Under the pieces are notes generated by a model, which worked only from the letters and a program-made list of their open reading frames with translations, was not told the origin of the DNA and did not search any database. This document shows, in pieces, positions 1-11,562 of a stretch of 64,000 nt of DNA. Every line of letters starts with the position of its first letter. The stretch's first letter is position 1. The position numbers and the translations under genes are program-made. The DNA is from Parasitella parasitica NRRL 2501 (lineage: Eukaryota; Fungi; Mucoromycota), in the NCBI GenBank assembly GCA_025201805.1, contig MU619351.1, positions 41,606 to 105,605 on the forward strand. Direction: 5' to 3'.

Positions 1-5
1 TTTAC

Positions 6-380
6 CTTTAGAATTTGAGCTGCTGTCAAGACACATTCAGGCGTAATGCATATAGGCTACAAAAAAATATTCATCAGCATGAGCAAGCCTGTAGACATAA
101 TTCATCTTACTGTCGTGTTGTTGCTTCCAGGTGGTGTAGGCAAAATTGGTGGAGGGTTATTAGGCTTTTCTTCATACACACGTCTTGTGTAAAGACCAGC
201 TACTATGCATAGTGATATGAAAAAGGCGAAAGCCAAAGTAAACAGCACCTTTTCTAAAAGCGTAAACTTTCCGCTTTGAAAGCGATTACTTTGGGATGAA
301 GGAGGAATACTGCCTTGGTTTCTTTCACCATCAAAACCATCTGCCTCTTCTGGTAAAAGTGGTTCTCTTTCTGTACTCAT
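6..380 (-). CDS. M13 family (neprilysin/endothelin-converting enzyme-like) type II membrane metallopeptidase, 5' part; gene continues beyond the window start
   Basis: ATG at 380 (MSTEREPLL), one hydrophobic TM segment, GTAAG intron 110-57, then exon 56-6 PICITPECVLTAAQILK matching the M13 CxTPECVxxA motif. Confidence 0.75.
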
Positions 381-945
381 ACAAAAAAAAAGAGGGAGAG
401 AAAGTATATGTTTGCGTGTGAGAAGAAAGGAGTTCATTAAATGATGACATTCATTATTTGTTCTCAGTTCCATCCATCTTGCATTCCTTGGTCTTGTTTT
501 ATCATGATTTAAAGCTCTGTAATTCTTCATAAATCCTATTGACATTGGCCATTATTGCACTGTTCATTAGTGCGCATGTCTTTAGGCCCATAGCTTAGAT
601 GCTTGGATTATAGTTTTTTAACTCCAACCTGGACAGTAATAGTGATTCGTCGTTGCCTTTCCTTGGGCGAAGTTGTCACTAGCTGGCAGTTGCTCTATCA
701 TAAAGCTTAAAGCTTGGTCGATTCCGTCCTGTAAACATGCATAGAAATTACTTCTCGATGAGACAATTTAATAACATTTAGGAAATATTAAATGCATCGT
801 TAATCATACGCCTTTCAAATTTTACAAGCTTAGCGACTCTAACTGGCTTGAAAATATTGGTAAGCAAAGCACCTAATATCAATCACCTTACTTTTCGTTT
901 TTATATCCTTTGATTTTGAATCTGCAATTCGGACGCTGACAGCTT

Positions 946-1417
946 CTAAAGCCCATCTTCACCAGCGACACTTTTGAAACAGTTCAACGTGCTCAAGCAG
1001 CACTCAACGGTGGCTTTCATGATGAAGTCAACCAACTCTAGGAGGGATTTTAGCGCCTTTTTGTGGCCATCTAGACCAATTGTCCTCAACACCCTCCTCC
1101 CGCAACTGCATCTTCCACCGCATTCACTACTAATTTGCAAAGATTTCCTGCTGGTTCTCGCAATCGTAAACGCAAGGCTGTCTCCCGCGCTTTGCAACCT
1201 TTCGACTCAACAAGGACACCCAATTGAGTCATGTAATGATTTACACTTCTCCCGTAGCCGCCGACTTTCCCGTACCGAGGTTCGCAGCCTGGGCGTCGAA
1301 TCTTGGTTGGTACCTTCCCCACTCATAATGTTACTGCACTCCTCTTACACGGCTCACACAAACTTGATTGTTATACCAGCAGATAATCAAGACTTGATTT
1401 ACCAGCTAAGAAACTAA
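946..1417 (+). mobile_element. Degenerate non-LTR retrotransposon (LINE) ORF1-like remnant
   Basis: Frameshifted pieces RKAVSRALQP / SRSRRLSRTEVRSLGVE / FPTHNVTALLLH resemble, from memory, Mucorales LINE ORF1 proteins; in-frame TAG stops; higher GC than flanks. Confidence 0.5.
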
Positions 1418-2428
1418 TGACGGTCTATTTATATAGCTGTAGGGTAAATGTATATAAATCAATTCATGAATACTATCAGATCATGTGTGACAATTGGTAA
1501 TAAAATGAGGTCTTTCTTTCTTTCCCATTTCTATTATTACCATACAATCATCTGCTTCGCTTATTTTTAAGTCCTGGCGCAACAATCAGGACGACAATAA
1601 GATATTTTACAAGAAACGTATGAGATAACTTGATATAAGAAACAACACTTTGACTCCTATATGACGCAAGCCGGGAAAGATAGTAATAACCACCTTTTGA
1701 TTGAATCTCTTTTATGTGGTCTTCGTAGGAAAGTCATGGAACATTTTGTGATAATATTCGATAGCAGAATCACTGCATCCATAGCAATACTTAGGGAGAT
1801 CTAATCGTTGCTGCGACATCTTACACATTTTCTTCAGAAATACCGTATAAATAACATTTTACAAAAAAAAAAAGTAATAGAAATTTATTTTGTGCCGTTT
1901 TCTAGCCTAAAAATCAATATATGTTGCTGCTAGAGACTCACAGAAGTATGTGGACTCTTTGATAGTTGATCTGTAGTTGTTATTGTAAAGGAAGGCTGCA
2001 AATTAAGTATCATATGGCAACATCAAACTGGGACAAATGTTGAGAAGTAATATTTTCAAGATGTCCAAACAAATAACTTCTTTCTGTCTAATTGTATCTT
2101 TATTTCATCTACACAAATCACTCAAACTTTCAATTTGATTCACCCAAAAAAAGCTCACATCATGTAAATTTGAAGGAGAAATACAGTCCGTACATTTGTA
2201 TATCCATATCCATTAATTCAAAAATCATATCAGCTAATTTAATTTTTAAATGGGCATACGGGTACAGTGTAATTGTGATCAAATATACAACTTATGGCAC
2301 TGCTTTTTTTCAATTGCATGTTGTGCGATGTTGTCCAGCGACCAGCTTTGGTCATTTCCCAACTGCATCTTACTGCATTAGTTTTACTAACCGCTATTTT
2401 TATATTTTTCTCTAAAGGTACAACTAAA

Positions 2429-2998
2429 ATGAATGTTGGCGTTATCATTGCAAGTACTCGACCGTCCAGAATAGGACATAAGCTTACCAATTGGGTGCTA
2501 AGTGCCATCACAATAAAGCATACTCTAAACCTGGAAATCATCGACCTTCAAGAGTGGGATTTACCTCTGTTTAATGAGCCTGAAATCCCTGCAAAAGGCG
2601 AACAATACTACAGCAGTGAAAAGACGAGACAGTGGAGCAAAAAAATTGCTTCCAAAGATGGGTTTGTCTTCGTCACACCCCAGTACAACTGGTCATACCC
2701 TGCCGTATTGAAGAATGCTGTTGATTATCTATACAATGAATGGAACGATAAGCCTGTCGCCATTGTCAGTTACGCAAATAGAGGAGGAGGAAAAGCAGCC
2801 GAGCATTTCAGACAAGTGCTGCATGGCCTAAAGATGAGGCCTGTAGAGACAATGCCTGCCATTTGCCTTACAAAGGATATGTATACGGAAAATGGCATCT
2901 TGAAAGAAGCTGATGAATACACGGATTTTGCTTCACAGTATTCTGGTATCATTAATTGCGCTATTAGAGAATTAGAAATTGAGTTAACCAAAAAATAA
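2429..2998 (+). CDS. NADPH-dependent FMN reductase (flavodoxin-like fold, Lot6/SsuE family), intronless
   Basis: Motifs IIASTRPSRIG, DLPLFNE, DGFVFVTPQYNWSYPAVLKNAVD, WNDKPVAIVSY. Confidence 0.92.
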   Translation: MNVGVIIASTRPSRIGHKLTNWVLSAITIKHTLNLEIIDLQEWDLPLFNEPEIPAKGEQYYSSEKTRQWSKKIASKDGFVFVTPQYNWSYPAVLKNAVDYLYNEWNDKPVAIVSYANRGGGKAAEHFRQVLHGLKMRPVETMPAICLTKDMYTENGILKEADEYTDFASQYSGIINCAIRELEIELTKK

Positions 2999-3295
2999 AT
3001 TGAGTAGACAGTGTTTATTTTTCATCAAGCAGGCGGGATACAAGCATGCATTGTATGCAATCATCTTCTGCCGATGTGATACGTCTTCTTCACCCTTGAA
3101 ATGATTCATAGTTAACTTACTGTTACATAAAACCCTTTGATACAAATAAATCAAGCCGAAGCAACAGCATAATAAATAAAATAATGATTCGCCTTTTATT
3201 TCTGTATTTTGATAGAAACACAAGCCGGCAGGAAAACCTCATAATCGAAGGAAACTTGGACAGATTAGCTTAGGAACGATAACAGGAGGGTTTTT

Positions 3296-3870
3296 ATGGA
3301 AGTAGTAATTTTTCCTCTCAAAAACAAAGGCTATAACGAAGCACAATTACTTAGGTTTGAGAAAAATACTATACATAACAACAATAAAGAACAAGACGTT
3401 GCAGTAGTATTGAGTATTGGTAAAAGTACATTTACATGCAACCGAAAATATCTCTCCACCACCATCAAAGATATTGGAAACCAAATATCATGCGCTATCA
3501 CAGGACATTTCGGTAAAAGTAATACAAAATATGCAAAAGAGAATCAGCAAAAAATGTGGTTTATTACCGCAAGGAAACTAATTGGTCTATTAAAGGCAAA
3601 AATCTGTTATTTCCTTGCTATTGTTTTAGTCAAAGTGTGAAAAACTATTCTTTATCCCGTAGTAGGGAAGTAGTGAACTTCGTAATATAGCCATCACATC
3701 ATTAGAAGTGTAATTGCTTGCGAAAGAGGCTCGCATTATTAAGTGTGGCGCGATGATGAGATTGAACAGCTTGAGCAGCTTGAACAGCTTCGTAAAGCAG
3801 CGCAGAAGATCAGCTCATATAAATTGCAAGAATGGCAGTGGTACTATTACGTAATGCGGCTTTATTATTA
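3296..3870 (+). pseudogene. Possible decayed BTB/POZ (KCTD-type) domain gene
   Basis: VVLSIGKSTFTCNRKYLST resembles the BTB start; downstream frameshifted ENYSLSRSREVVNFVI* and LEQLRKAAQK..YKL resemble later BTB motifs; stops and frameshifts present. Confidence 0.3.
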
Positions 3871-3934
3871 AACACTTATGAGAGATAATGTATACATGAA
3901 TTTACAAAAATTGGAGAGTGATAGTAAATGAGAC

Positions 3935-5094
3935 TTAGAGATCATCATAACTTGTTAAAACTCTGCATGGTATAGCAGCTGTTGCAGGGTCTATTGAAGG
4001 ATAGTTTGAATCGTTTAAATTTATCGTCAGGGAAGAGCGTCTTCTAGTATATCCATCAAATGATACTTCTTTTGCCATCAAACCATCTTCGTCTTGCCAA
4101 GGAACATTACCAAATCCAACCTTGTTCCGTTCAGGGATTTTAGCACGATTAACTATATATAACTTTGTTATAATTGAATTACATAACGTATTTAATAAAC
4201 GAAACAAACCTTTTATATGTCTTGCTCCTAGTAATGTACCATGCATATTTTGAATTGCTGATAATGCGGCTTCGTTTTTCTCGAATGTGATAAACCCATA
4301 ACTATGATGACTACGTTTCAGTAAAAAAAAACCATCATTTTGGCGTAGTTCCCCCTTACTCTTTTCCTTCAACAAGTCTGACACTCTCTAATGGTCCGAA
4401 TCGAGAAAACACTGATTCAATTTCGCTTTCAGTAACATTCTCCAGATCACCAATGTAAACCTTTGTGGGGTAAAACTCTGTATCGATATATTGTGCTGCC
4501 TCCGAGTAAAGCTATATTTGAGATCTTAATTCAATATATACGACAACTTTCTAATTATAACCTTACATCAACACCACCTCTATAATTGTGGTGGCTTCGG
4601 TAGCTTCTATGACGGTGCTTATGCCTACTTTCGCCACGATTCTGCTCGTAATCGCTATCAGAGTCTGAATAGCGGCGTCTATATGAACGCTTGGGAGAGC
4701 GTGAGCCAGAAGACAAAGATCTGCGACGGTGGCGCTTATGCTGGTATATCTCCTCTCTTCTATCCCGATCACTTTCATCTCTGTCCTGATCTCTATCTTC
4801 AGATCTTTCTCGCTTAAACTTTTCTCTGCGACGTTTTACTCTTCCAAACTCATCTAGTTCTTCATCCTCATTATCTGAAATTATTGATCTACTTTGTGAG
4901 AGAGTTTGAGAGTTTTGGATTGGTTGCTATGCTTTGAAATTTTACCTTCTTTTGACATCTCTTGCAATCGATTTTCTCTCTTCTTCATTAGCTGCAGGAA
5001 CAGATCGTTCAAAACGCTTTTTGATAAAAATTCAAACCTTAGTAGCCGATCTATTATATGGATTTCATGTAATTACCTTTTGTTCATTAGACAT
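3935..5094 (-). CDS. RRM-containing, RS/RD-rich RNA-binding protein (multi-exon)
   Basis: ATG 5094 MSNEQK, spliced to an RD/RS-rich region, RNP2 KVYIGDL and RNP1 YGFITFE; start exon is inferred. Confidence 0.75.
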
Positions 5095-5389
5095 TGTAGC
5101 TCAAAAGAAGGTGGAGATTCCTAAAAAGTTTTTTTTTTTTTTNNNNNNNNNNTTTTTGATGTTGAGACCATAGTGACTGGGATAACTGTGTTATTAACTT
5201 TGAATGCTTCAAGGAAAAATAGGTTGGAGAAAAATGCATGTAGTATTATTGTTACAAGTTTTCATACACGTTGTTGTGATTTATTTCATTAATTTACTAC
5301 CGCTATTCCTACAGATGCACATAAGAAACGGAACAGGCAGCCTCATTAACCCAAGCTAGGAAGTGTTATTTATTAAATGCCATTGATTT

Positions 5390-6228
5390 TTACATCTCTT
5401 CAAGCTCATCATCTGTCAAAAGCAAATCTTCTTCAGGGAAATCACCTACATTGACTTTTGTGGGACGAACGAATCCACCGTACTTGGGAGGACATTTGAA
5501 GTACTCTTTTCCTTGCACACTGCCATTATTTTTACCTACTGGCTCATCATATTGAATGCCTACCCACCAACCTGGTTGGAATTCTGTTTCTCCTACAAAT
5601 TTGACTGTACCGCGTCTTTGTGCAATATTGTCGTCACCTAAAACTTCACATCTATCTCCAATTTTGATTTGGTTTGCTGCATTCTCATGTGCTGCTTCGA
5701 TGGCCTCTTCTTTGGCAGCTGCCTCTGCCGAAAATCTGCCCAGTTTATTTCGTTCCTTGAATGCTCTGACAGTATCTTTTGTTTTATATAAAATTAGTCG
5801 TCGATATTTTACAGGTCAAATGTATTCGTTTACCTGTTCTTTTTTTGTATTGATCTTCTGTTATCTCAAACTTCTCAACTAGTGAAACATCTGTATACTG
5901 GTTTTTCACGCGATGAGGATTAGTGTCTGTAACATGAAGTCTCATGTAATCTTCAACTGGATAAGCGCCCAGCATTTTGTTTTCGTCCTCGAATGTTCCT
6001 TGGAGATGTTTGCCTTGGTATAAATCGATCTTCTGTGTGGAACAAGGAATACCGGTGATGGGCTCCAGTTTATGCTGGTGCATAGTTTATCAAATCAACA
6101 ACTGGTAATATCATGAGTTTATAATTTATTCTTACCTTGAGCTGGGAAATCGTTAAGCTTTTGTCAAAACGTCTTTCAGAAGAGACTTTTTCATCAGAGG
6201 TATCAACAAATAACGTTACAATAGACAT
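5390..6228 (-). CDS. TBCB: Tubulin folding cofactor B (ubiquitin-like + CAP-Gly domains)
   Basis: [15 protein letters not shown]|[10 protein letters not shown] Ubl domain; CAP-Gly [38 protein letters not shown]; two introns. Confidence 0.95.
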
Positions 6229-7183
6229 GATGGCGTTTAACAGTTATCAATAGGTTGTTCGTCAAGAGCCACGCCAAGCAACAGCTATTTTTTGAAGCTG
6301 ATGTGACTCAGAAAACGATCGACACCAAAATTTTCAATGAAAGAATACCTGCAGTCATAGCTATCACTTTTGAAAAAAATATTTAGGATTGAAAAGTAGA
6401 TACCAATGCTAAGCAAGCTTCTACACACTCATAGGAAGCCTTTAAAAGGAGACTACAGTAAGCTGAAGCTTTGAATTGTTAAATCCTCAACCAAGCACAA
6501 AATGTTATTGTAATCATAAGCACAAGTGTGTATGATATGGTTGTTAAGCTAAGCTTCAACTTACGAACACACACATCTAATGGGTATATGGAAATTGTCC
6601 TTAACCCTATATTATAAACTTCAATAAACTTGAAAGACACATCTAACCATATTATCTGGAAATGTTTTTTCGCCAAAAAAAGTTTTACATGTAAAAGCCG
6701 AGATTGGGCTCTTGAAGGGATGATACAGTTTTAAAAGTATTGTCTATTTAAGTAATGAGTAAGTCGATCAAATGAAAATCGACGCCTTTCTTTACCGTAG
6801 AAACTTATTTTAAAGCATAAAAAAAAAGATTAGAAGTGTGATCAATGAGGATATGCTATAAAAAACTTCAAACTGCCTTACGTTTCAAAGGATTTTTGCA
6901 TATGAAAAATAAGCAAATATGGTGTACCAATGTTCTAAAACACTTAAAATGACAACCGTATGCATCCACTAAAATTATTATTATTATGAATACCATGAAA
7001 TGAGTCGAATTGATCAAGAACAATGCTTCAATGTATTTTGCTTGTCAAAGACGTCATCAAAAGGAAAGGGCTGCTGGAATTCTTTTGGGCAGTGCCAGAA
7101 GCGAAAACAAAATAAATTTCATTTTCTCCAATCTTCATCATTACACTCCCCACTCTTTTTTCTATTTTCTATAAATTATCGCC

Positions 7184-7534
7184 ATGTTTAGAGCTTTAAA
7201 TCGCTTTGCTATTGAAAGACCTGTTATATTTTGGTCTTTTGTTTTTGGAACAGCTGGTAATATTAACAATGATCCATAAAATACAACAAGCATGGCCATT
7301 AACAGTTATTTTCTCCACAACCAACCCCCGCATTTAGGTCCTGTCATGGTTTTTACAGTTCCTAAGGTTAGACGTGAATATTTCGGCTTCAAGGGCTATG
7401 ACCCTCTTCCCATCTCATATCCTCGTAAGTTTTCAGTGGAAAACAGCATACAAAATGTATATTTACCACTATACATCTGTTTAGTTCCCAACCGTGCTCG
7501 TAGCCCCGTTAGTGGCTATGAAGATAGCGCTTAA
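7184..7534 (+). CDS. Complex I 9.5-kDa accessory subunit (NI9M/NDUFA3 family), 3 exons
   Basis: Spliced MFRALKSLAIERPVIFWSFVFGTAGPVMVFTVPKVRREYFGFKGYDPLPISYPLPNRARSPVSGYED matches the fungal NI9M pattern. Confidence 0.88.
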
Positions 7535-8186
7535 AGTAAAAGAATAGAAAATCACTTGGAATAAAAGAACACTGTGCAGAAATCCTACATAGCATAATAT
7601 ATTTGAACGATTAGAGTAAGAAAAATGTCGAATGGGATAAATTACAACAAGAAAACGTCGATTATATTGTTTTTGTAAGGTTTTACTCGGTATGAAAAGC
7701 AAATCAACATGAGCCATTATTTGGTCAACGATTAGAGTTTTTTCATGTACTAGGTCATAAAAGACATTGTTTGGCATTGTTCAGCTGGAATTTTTCTTTA
7801 GAGTTGGAAATCTGGTTTACGAGGCCTAAGAAAGATTGACACACATCAACATTTTACACTAGAAGCTATCAGGAATAAAGTTCCAATGATATCGTAGCTT
7901 GCTTTGGATTGGCTCAGTGAGCAATTGCCTTTCAGCCATCACTAATCTTCATTCAACAAGTATCCACATGTCAGTCCTCTTTTTCGGCGATGGCTCCGAA
8001 ACAGCATATGTGTATTCATAAACCAAGTATCAGGAACCCACCATTTATCAAAGTGGTCTGCTTTTTGCCTCTTCGGGCATAAAAATGAATTATCAAATCA
8101 AAAATACCTCTTGATAAGCACTATAAAACGGTAGCTTTCTGCTTATCCGTCTTTTCTTTCTTTTTCACCTGTCATACCAATTGAGC

Positions 8187-8756
8187 ATGCTTTCTGTCCG
8201 TAATTTATTGATCGACACTCAACACAAGGAACCAGATACAAGAGCTTCAATACTGGATATTTCATCCTTACTAAATGATCAAGATGATTCATATACGAAA
8301 ATCATGTTACCAAAACGGCAACAGCAACACCTTTCTATTCATCATCATGCCCCAGTCAGCCACTCGCCAAGATTATCTTCGATTTTCTCGCAACCTTATT
8401 ATCCAATTGACAAACAACAAAAAACTACAAGACAGAATCAACTTGAATCAAGAAAAATTGAGCGAGAATTATTCGCTGAACGCAGACAGTCGACCTCTTC
8501 ATTGGTTTCATCCTTTACAGCAGCAAGTTATCAAGATAATGAAAAAGACGATTTCCCATTGAAACCGAGACGGCGAAGATCATCGAAGCAATTGGATATG
8601 CTGAACAAAGTTTTCGAAAGAACATTCTTTCCGTCGACTCAATTGAGAGCTGAATTAGGTCGCCAACTTGGCATGAGCCCAAGAACAGTTCAAATTTGGT
8701 TTCAGAACAAACGCCAGGCAATCCGTTCAAGAGGTCGTTCCAATTCAAGCAAATAA
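8187..8756 (+). CDS. Homeodomain transcription factor (Yox1/Yhp1-like), intronless
   Basis: QLDMLNKVFERTFFPSTQLRAELGRQLGMSPRTVQIWFQNKRQ. Confidence 0.92.
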   Translation: MLSVRNLLIDTQHKEPDTRASILDISSLLNDQDDSYTKIMLPKRQQQHLSIHHHAPVSHSPRLSSIFSQPYYPIDKQQKTTRQNQLESRKIERELFAERRQSTSSLVSSFTAASYQDNEKDDFPLKPRRRRSSKQLDMLNKVFERTFFPSTQLRAELGRQLGMSPRTVQIWFQNKRQAIRSRGRSNSSK

Positions 8757-9471
8757 AACTCAATCGCCTGAATAATCACCATTAAGCCCTTAACATTTTC
8801 AAGTTTCCTTATTGCATTTTAAAAATTAATAAACTAAACTCTTCTAGATTTAATCAATCATTCTTTTGTTCATGTGGATGTGAGCATCATGCAGCATTAT
8901 AACAGTCGAGTTGATAAAATAAGAAACACAGACTGAGATAAATTTTGAAATCTGCTTATTCCCGTATTTTAGTAAACAGAATCATCGTTATACGGACTAT
9001 ATTTAAAACCACAGAACTTTCCATGTATTCTGCACTAGTTTACCTAAAAACTTTTTGATTATGGTTTTCCATTGATAAATGGCATGTTTACTATTAATCG
9101 CAGTGTAATAATCAGTGGTTATCACGATAATTGGGTTCAACACTATGCAATTAAATCGAACAAGGTTGCGAACCATCTACTCTGAATTCGTCGGTGTTAA
9201 ACTTGACTTTCCTTTGTTATTATTATTAATATTGTAGAAAGATGACACATAAAAAAGGTTTCATGATATAAGGTATATGTGCAGATATCAACATTTATTG
9301 TTTCATTTTAAATGAAAAAAATCACCTTAAAATTGTCGGAATATGTAAAGAACATTGCACATTATTTTGTTATTCCATTATGTATATTTCTAATGTTTAA
9401 ATCAATTCTGCAGTGGGCATCAGATACAGTCTTTTTATGATTTTTTAAATAAAAGTTCAAGCAAATGATAT

Positions 9472-11259
9472 ATGTCACGATGTTTATGATAACATATATT
9501 AGCTGACAACAAACCTTTTGTTTCTGATTAAAGCTGAGAAGTTTCTGAAAGAGGAGAAATGTCTCCCTAAGGATATTTTAAGCAGGGACAGAAGTATTAA
9601 ATACAATCACCAACGTGCCATAACGCTTAAAAGCAAGAAATTTAGCTTCGTGTGCCAATTTTTGGTTGATTTTCATAATCAAAAGTGCCCTGAAAACACC
9701 AGAAATAGTATCCATTGGGAAAAAACTATATTATATATGCTTTTGGTGCAATTTGGCCATGATTTTTTTTTCGATGCAAAACGACGGATTTTTTTCGATT
9801 TTTTCCTTGTACCCACACATCCAAAATCATCGATTATACATTATCCTCAATTTTGACCCCAAAATTGCAACTTTTTACTAAAGCATATATTGGAGGAAAA
9901 TGATCGTAAAAGACCATTCCATGATCTGAAGGACTGACAATGCGCTTTGATTAATCAAAATGTTGACTTTTCCCTCTTAAACTGATTTGACGTTTTCTCG
10001 ATAGAACTGCTTCCATAAGCATGCAGGAATGATGAAATTATACCATCATGTAGAGCGCCCAAAAATGCACCTATTATCATAGATTGACACCAGTGGTATG
10101 CATAGTATAAGAAGATGATATTTTGCCCAAAAGGAGTAATTTTGATTTCTGATTGTCCAAATGGAGTTTCTGAAAGAATTTTTCCTTCCAGATTTTGGAC
10201 GCGTTTAATCTCCACTATTGAAGAGAAATGGTGTTTTTTTTAAGAAAGCATTAGCTTTGAGAAGCCATAGCTTACCCAATTCAAAAGGAAAGCAATTGAA
10301 ATTTAGTTTATTTGAATGGTGTGATCATTGGCTTTTTAATGGTAGTACTTGCATATCTTTTCCCGGCATGACGATCTCACGCTCCGATTTTGAAAAATAC
10401 TTTTCCAAAAAAAGTCAAAAATGTCGCTACCTTCATCTGGTTTCAACTTCAAAAGTACACAAACATGCTCTAAGCTATGCAAATATGTAATCAAAAGGTA
10501 CCTTATAATCTAATACATTACTTTGAATTACTTGTTCTTTTGTTTGAAATTGCTAAACATTGTTCTCTTATAGTTTTTGTCTTTTTTCTGACAAGAATTC
10601 ACTGAAGTTCGCGTAGACCAAAAAAAAAAAAAAAAAGAATTAGGCACCTAAAATCTACGCTGGCTTTACAAAGACACACACTTTTGAACCATTCCAATAC
10701 AGTAGTATGGAAAGATGGCACAGGTTTGACTATCTGTTCTATTGTGCAACTAGATATAGAGAGCCCAGTTTGGTACTTGTCTGACAAGACCTTCTGTACT
10801 AGAAGACGCCAGATCAACTGAATGTCTAAGAAAGTGTCAGAGAAAATGAAACAATCTGCCACCAGGATAACACACCCATTCATAAAAATTATCTGTATAG
10901 AAATTTATGAAATCCCAAGAACATGAATGTGTTTATCTTCAACCTTGCTCTCCATTTCTGAATCCAATTAAAGGTTTTTGATCCAAAGTCAACAGACTCG
11001 CATATGTCTGTCAATAGGTAGCCGTAACCTCTTTTAAAGACTACCTTGAGCTTAAAGATATGATATTGATAGCTTATTTCACAACCCATTCTCTTTGTAT
11101 TTTCATTATGAATGAAACAAAGCAATTATTCTTTTTCTCTGAATATGGAAATCCCCACTTAAAATCTTTTTAGGGAGACATTTCTCTTTAGCTTTTACCA
11201 GAAACAAAAGGTTTGTTACCAAAAACCCTAATATATATTATCACAATCATCATGACATT
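9472..11259 (+). mobile_element. Degenerate Tc1/mariner (IS630-like) DNA transposon with ~110-bp imperfect TIRs
   Basis: Inverted repeats ~9472-9590 and ~11150-11259 (shared AACAAACCTTTTGTTTCTG and GAGAAATGTCTCCCTAA); transposase remnant DNTPIH (10866) ... CVYLQPCSPFLNPI (~10927-10970), equivalent to DNAPIH...YLPPYSPxLNPIE. Confidence 0.8.
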
Positions 11260-11562
11260 TTTTTCAATAAATACAAAATGACAGTTGATTAATGCAGTGA
11301 TCATTTCTTTTTGCACTGGCGAGGCGATTTTTATATATACATACACATTTAGAAATAAAAGAAGGAAAGAAAATAATAATAATGGGAGGGGTGCTAAAAA
11401 GGCTTACAAAACTAAACTATAGAAGAAAAGACAGAAAGATATATATAATAAATATTGAAAAATGTATAGTAATTTTNNNNNNNNNNGGTTCCTTGCAAAA
11501 GAGGTGTTCTAACTTCTTCTTTTTTCCCTTGTTTTTTTGTTTTTCTTTGTTTGCAGTAAAGC

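Noticed and set aside
974-1417. 147-aa ORF as an intact gene
   Set aside because: Only part of it carries LINE-like similarity; the rest lies in other frames with stops.
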